A stretch of 50,562 bases of DNA from Candidatus Undinarchaeales archaeon. GTDB taxonomy: Archaea > SpSt-1190 > JASMDC01. The DNA lies in assembly GCA_030753015.1 (NCBI GenBank), contig JASMDC010000025.1:1-50562 (forward strand), written 5' to 3'. The translations under genes and the position numbers were made by a program. The stretch's first letter is position 1. Each line of letters opens with the position of its first letter. Shown here one piece after another: positions 48,501 to 50,562 of this stretch. The notes under the pieces were generated by a model, which was not told where the DNA came from, ran no database searches, and saw nothing but the letters and a program-made list of their open reading frames with translations.

Positions 48501-50562
48501 GTTTCAGAGTACTTCTGCTATGTGGAAGGAGGTGTCGAGTACGGTATCTGGGAGACGTACGACTGCGCCAACGAGGGGAAGGCATGCGAGGACGGTGCGT
48601 GCGTTGCCCCGGCCCCTGCCGAGGGGACGCCTCCCTGTACGGACAGCGACGGTGGGAAGGACTACTACGTTAAAGGCCAACTCGTTGGCGAGATGGAGCA
48701 GCCCGGGGGTTCCACGTACCACCTTGACTCGTCCGACGCTTGCACGGACGGGACTCGCGTTTCAGAGTACTTCTGCTATGTGGAGGGTGGAGTCGACTAT
48801 GGCCTATGGGAAACGTACAACTGTGCCGACGAGGGAAAGGTCTGCCAGGACGGGCAGTGCGTTCTCTCATCGGACGCCGGTGAAGCGATGGGTGCCACGG
48901 AAAAGGAGGCGTCTACGAAGCCGACCTCTCTTGACGCCCTCATCCTTGCCACGATTATCAACTACCCGGACGCGATCGTCTCTGGAGCGGCGGCCGAGAA
49001 ATTGGGCATACCCGTGCTCCTCACACCGCCCGACGCCCTCCCCGATGACGTTGCGGCGTTCATCACCGAGGAGATGCCCTCAAAGGTAATCCTCTTGGGT
49101 GGCACGGCGGTCATCAGTCAGGCTATCGAGAATAAACTCAAAGCGGACGGGCTCGACACCGTCCGACTGTGGGGAATCACACGATTCGGCACGGCCGCGG
49201 AGCTCGCACTGTACGCATGGGAGGCCGGCACGGATGGAGCCATCGTCGTGTACGACCGCATCGAGGGTGCGGAGGGTGATGAGCACACACAGCTGGTGAT
49301 GGCCAAATCGTTGGCGGCCGCCCGCACCCAGCCTATCCTGCTGACCACAAACGAGGAGCTTCCCGCCGCGACAAAGGAGGCTCTTGAGGAGCTTGGAGTG
49401 CAGAAGGTGACCCTTGTGGGTACGCAGTTCTCCGAGGACGTTTTCACCGCTCTGAAGGAGCTTGACATCGAGCTCGAAGTGGTGACGGGCGAGACGGTGG
49501 AGGACGTGAACGACAAGCTCCAAGAGGAGGTCGTGGACGAGCTGACAAAGAACCTCCCCGAAGGCAAGCTGGAGCGTCTTGTCGTTGTCGCGGCCGGAAC
49601 GGACTACAAGGCCTCCATCTCACTCCCCGCCAGTGCCGAGGTCACGGCCTCCATGATGGTGCTGGATGTGGAACAGATACCCCGGGTCATCGAGTTCATC
49701 GGTGAGCACGGTATCACGGAAGTGACAGTGGTGGGCATCCCCGAACTCACCTCCGCCGTGGTCGCCAAGCTGCTGATGGTGGAGGGCATCCAGGTGAGCG
49801 CTCTCTCCACCCAGGCCATCGAGAAGGGGCTCGTGGACCGCCTCAAGGAGCGCCGCGAGAGCTGGCGAAACCATCGGGAGAAGCGGTTGGTGGACAGGAA
49901 GGTCGAGCTCATCCGCAAGGGCGACAAGCTACGTGAGAGGACGGAGCGAGCAGTGGAAAAGGCCCAGAGGGTCATAGACGAGATCGATGCTGCCCTGACG
50001 GAGTTAAAGGGCCAGGAACTCCCCGATGAGTTACGCGTCGTGATCGACATGTTCGAGGAGGAGCTCGACAGGGCCCGGCAGTTCGTCGAGGAAGCAGGCG
50101 AGATCACAAAGGGCACTACGGGCAGAGGTCGCGATTTCGCAGAAGCCCTCCGTCTCCTGAAGAAGGCGGAAGGTGTGGCCCGTGAGGCGAAGTACAAGGG
50201 CATGAAGATGATCGCTGAGTTCGAGCGGCGGCAGATGGAGTCCCTCCGACGACAGAAAGAGTCTGAGGCCGAGCGTTTGCGAAAGGAGCGCGATGCCATG
50301 GCCGAAGAGTTGCTTGGCGATATGGATATCAAGGAGAACCTGCGCGAGAGGATCCTCTCGAAGGGAGATCGTCTTGCAGAAATTCGCGAACGCGTCAAAG
50401 AGGACCGCGACCGTGGTCCGCCCGGAGAACGCCGGTTCGGTCCGTCCCTTGAGGGTCGTGAGATCGGTCCGCGTTTCGACAAGGACCGGTTCCGCAAGAA
50501 GGACCTTTCTAAGCGCTCGTTCGGCAAGGACCTCTCGCTGCGTGGCGCCGATCCGTGCAAGC
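45504..50562 (+). CDS. Giant secreted surface protein 2 (13 CTDSDGG repeats plus CWB2 and coiled coil), truncated by window end
   Basis: Hand-read: MGSISARTLITTILITMMLGSALD, repeats, then SLDALILATIINYPDAIV paralogous to protein 1; frame consistent at every checked point; absence from the ORF track fits an open frame with no stop in the window. Confidence 0.9.
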   Translation, partial: MGSISARTLITTILITMMLGSALDCTDSDGGKNYYTQGHLIGEMAQPGGSTYHLDSFDACTDATRVSEYFCYVEGGVEYGLWETYNCANEGKFCENGVCVDPEPLPPCTDSDGGKDYYTQGHLVGEMEQPGGSTYHLDGFDTCTDATRVSEYFCYIEGGVEYGIWETYNCANEGKFCENGVCVDPEPLPPCTDSDGGKDYYTQGHLIGEMALPGCSSYHLDSFYACTDATRVSEYFCYLEGGIEYGIWETYNCANEGKICEEGKCVADPEAQDAELECTDRDGGKDYYVKGHLVGEMSQPGGSTYHLDGFDACTDATRVSEYFCYVEGGVEYGLWETYNCANEGKFCENGVCVDPEPLPPCTDSDGGKDYYTKGHLVGEMEQPGGSTYHLDGFDACTDATRVSEYFCYVEGGIEYGIWETYNCANEGKLCEEGVCVDPEPLPPCTDSDGGKDYYVKGHLVGEMEQPGGSTYHLDGFDACTDATRVSEYFCYVEGGVEYGIWETYNCADEGKVCEDGSCIPSVEDTPPCTDSDGGKDYYTKGNLIGEMEQPGGSTYHLDSSDACTDPTRLSEYFCYEEDGIQYGIWETYDCADEEKLCENGVCIEPDQEDEVQLCQDSDGGKDYYTKGHLVGEMAQPGGSTYHLDSFDACTDATRVSEYFCYLEGGIDYGIWETYNCADEGKSCEDGACVVPAPAEGTPPCADSDGGKDYYTKGHLVGEMEQPGGSTYHLDSSDACTDATRVSEYFCYVEGGIEYGIWETYDCANEGKACEDGVCVVPAPAEGTPPCTDSDGGKDYYTQGHLVGEMAQPGGSTYHLDSSDACTDATRVSEYFCYVEGGVEYGIWETHDCADEGKLCNDGVCVTDPAAQGGELECTDSDGGKDYYEKGNLVGEMAQPGGSTYHLDSSDACTDATRVSEYFCYVEGGVEYGIWETYDCANEGKACEDGACVAPAPAEGTPPCTDSDGGKDYYVKGQLVGEMEQPGGSTYHLDSSDACTDATRVSEYFCYVEGGVEYGIWETYDCANEGKACEDGACVAPAPAEGTPPCTDSDGGKDYYVKGQLVGEMEQPGGSTYHLDSSDACTDGTRVSEYFCYVEGGVDYGLWETYNCADEGKVCQDGQCVLSSDAGEAMGATEKEASTKPTSLDALILATIINYPDAIVSGAAAEKLGIPVLLTPPDALPDDVAAFITEEMPSKVILLGGTAVISQAIENKLKADGLDTVRLWGITRFGTAAELALYAWEAGTDGAIVVYDRIEGAEGDEHTQLVMAKSLAAARTQPILLTTNEELPAATKEALEELGVQKVTLVGTQFSEDVFTALKELDIELEVVTGETVEDVNDKLQEEVVDELTKNLPEGKLERLVVVAAGTDYKASISLPASAEVTASMMVLDVEQIPRVIEFIGEHGITEVTVVGIPELTSAVVAKLLMVEGIQVSALSTQAIEKGLVDRLKERRESWRNHREKRLVDRKVELIRKGDKLRERTERAVEKAQRVIDEIDAALTELKGQELPDELRVVIDMFEEELDRARQFVEEAGEITKGTTGRGRDFAEALRLLKKAEGVAREAKYKGMKMIAEFERRQMESLRRQKESEAERLRKERDAMAEELLGDMDIKENLRERILSKGDRLAEIRERVKEDRDRGPPGERRFGPSLEGREIGPRFDKDRFRKKDLSKRSFGKDLSLRGADPCK
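45576..48860 (+). repeat. Array of 13 tandem coding repeats of 249-261 nt
   Basis: Unit starts at 45576, 45825, 46074, 46335, 46584, 46833, 47085, 47343, 47601, 47859, 48120, 48378, 48636, all in frame. Confidence 0.95.

Noticed and set aside
45576-48860. CRISPR array or DGR template/variable repeats
   Set aside because: Units are about 250-nt in-frame coding repeats without unique spacers; no cas or reverse transcriptase gene in the window, and differences are not adenine-restricted.
45516-50560. Track ORFs such as 45516..47171(-), 46879..47748(+) and 49604..50560(-)
   Set aside because: Shadow frames of the real plus-strand gene starting at 45504.

Overview
High-GC archaeal chromosomal segment, probably DPANN (inferred from a 'GQ...TYGW' class III signal-peptide pilin and CTDSDGG/CGDGxC Cys-rich surface proteins). 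0.2-19.8 kb is core housekeeping: speB, rpl21e-rpo4-DUF655-rsmA, a minus-strand run mcm-RPA-aIF2beta-nmd3-aIF1A-rio1-KH-top6B-top6A-thg1, tatD, trm1, tfe, plus a second aIF1A fused to a TRAM domain. 19.8-30.2 kb holds transport/metabolic genes: a NitT/TauT ABC transporter with an apparently circularly permuted binding protein, HxlR plus a 4Fe-4S protein and a likely hcp remnant, MFS, M42 peptidase, PAC2, DUF62, a pilin and a bacterial-type aspartate 4-decarboxylase. 30.3-50.6 kb is a cell-surface region: four secreted/membrane genes (one vWA), a HerA/DUF87-like ATPase with coiled coil, about 12 Zn-finger repeats and a tail anchor, and, divergent from it, two giant paralogous secreted proteins that share a promoter and a CWB2/coiled-coil chassis but have different Cys-rich repeat heads. 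The second (>1680 aa, 13 CTDSDGG repeats) runs off the window and is missing from the ORF track. No rRNA, complete tRNA, CRISPR array or transposase seen. All family calls are motif recognition by eye, not database results.
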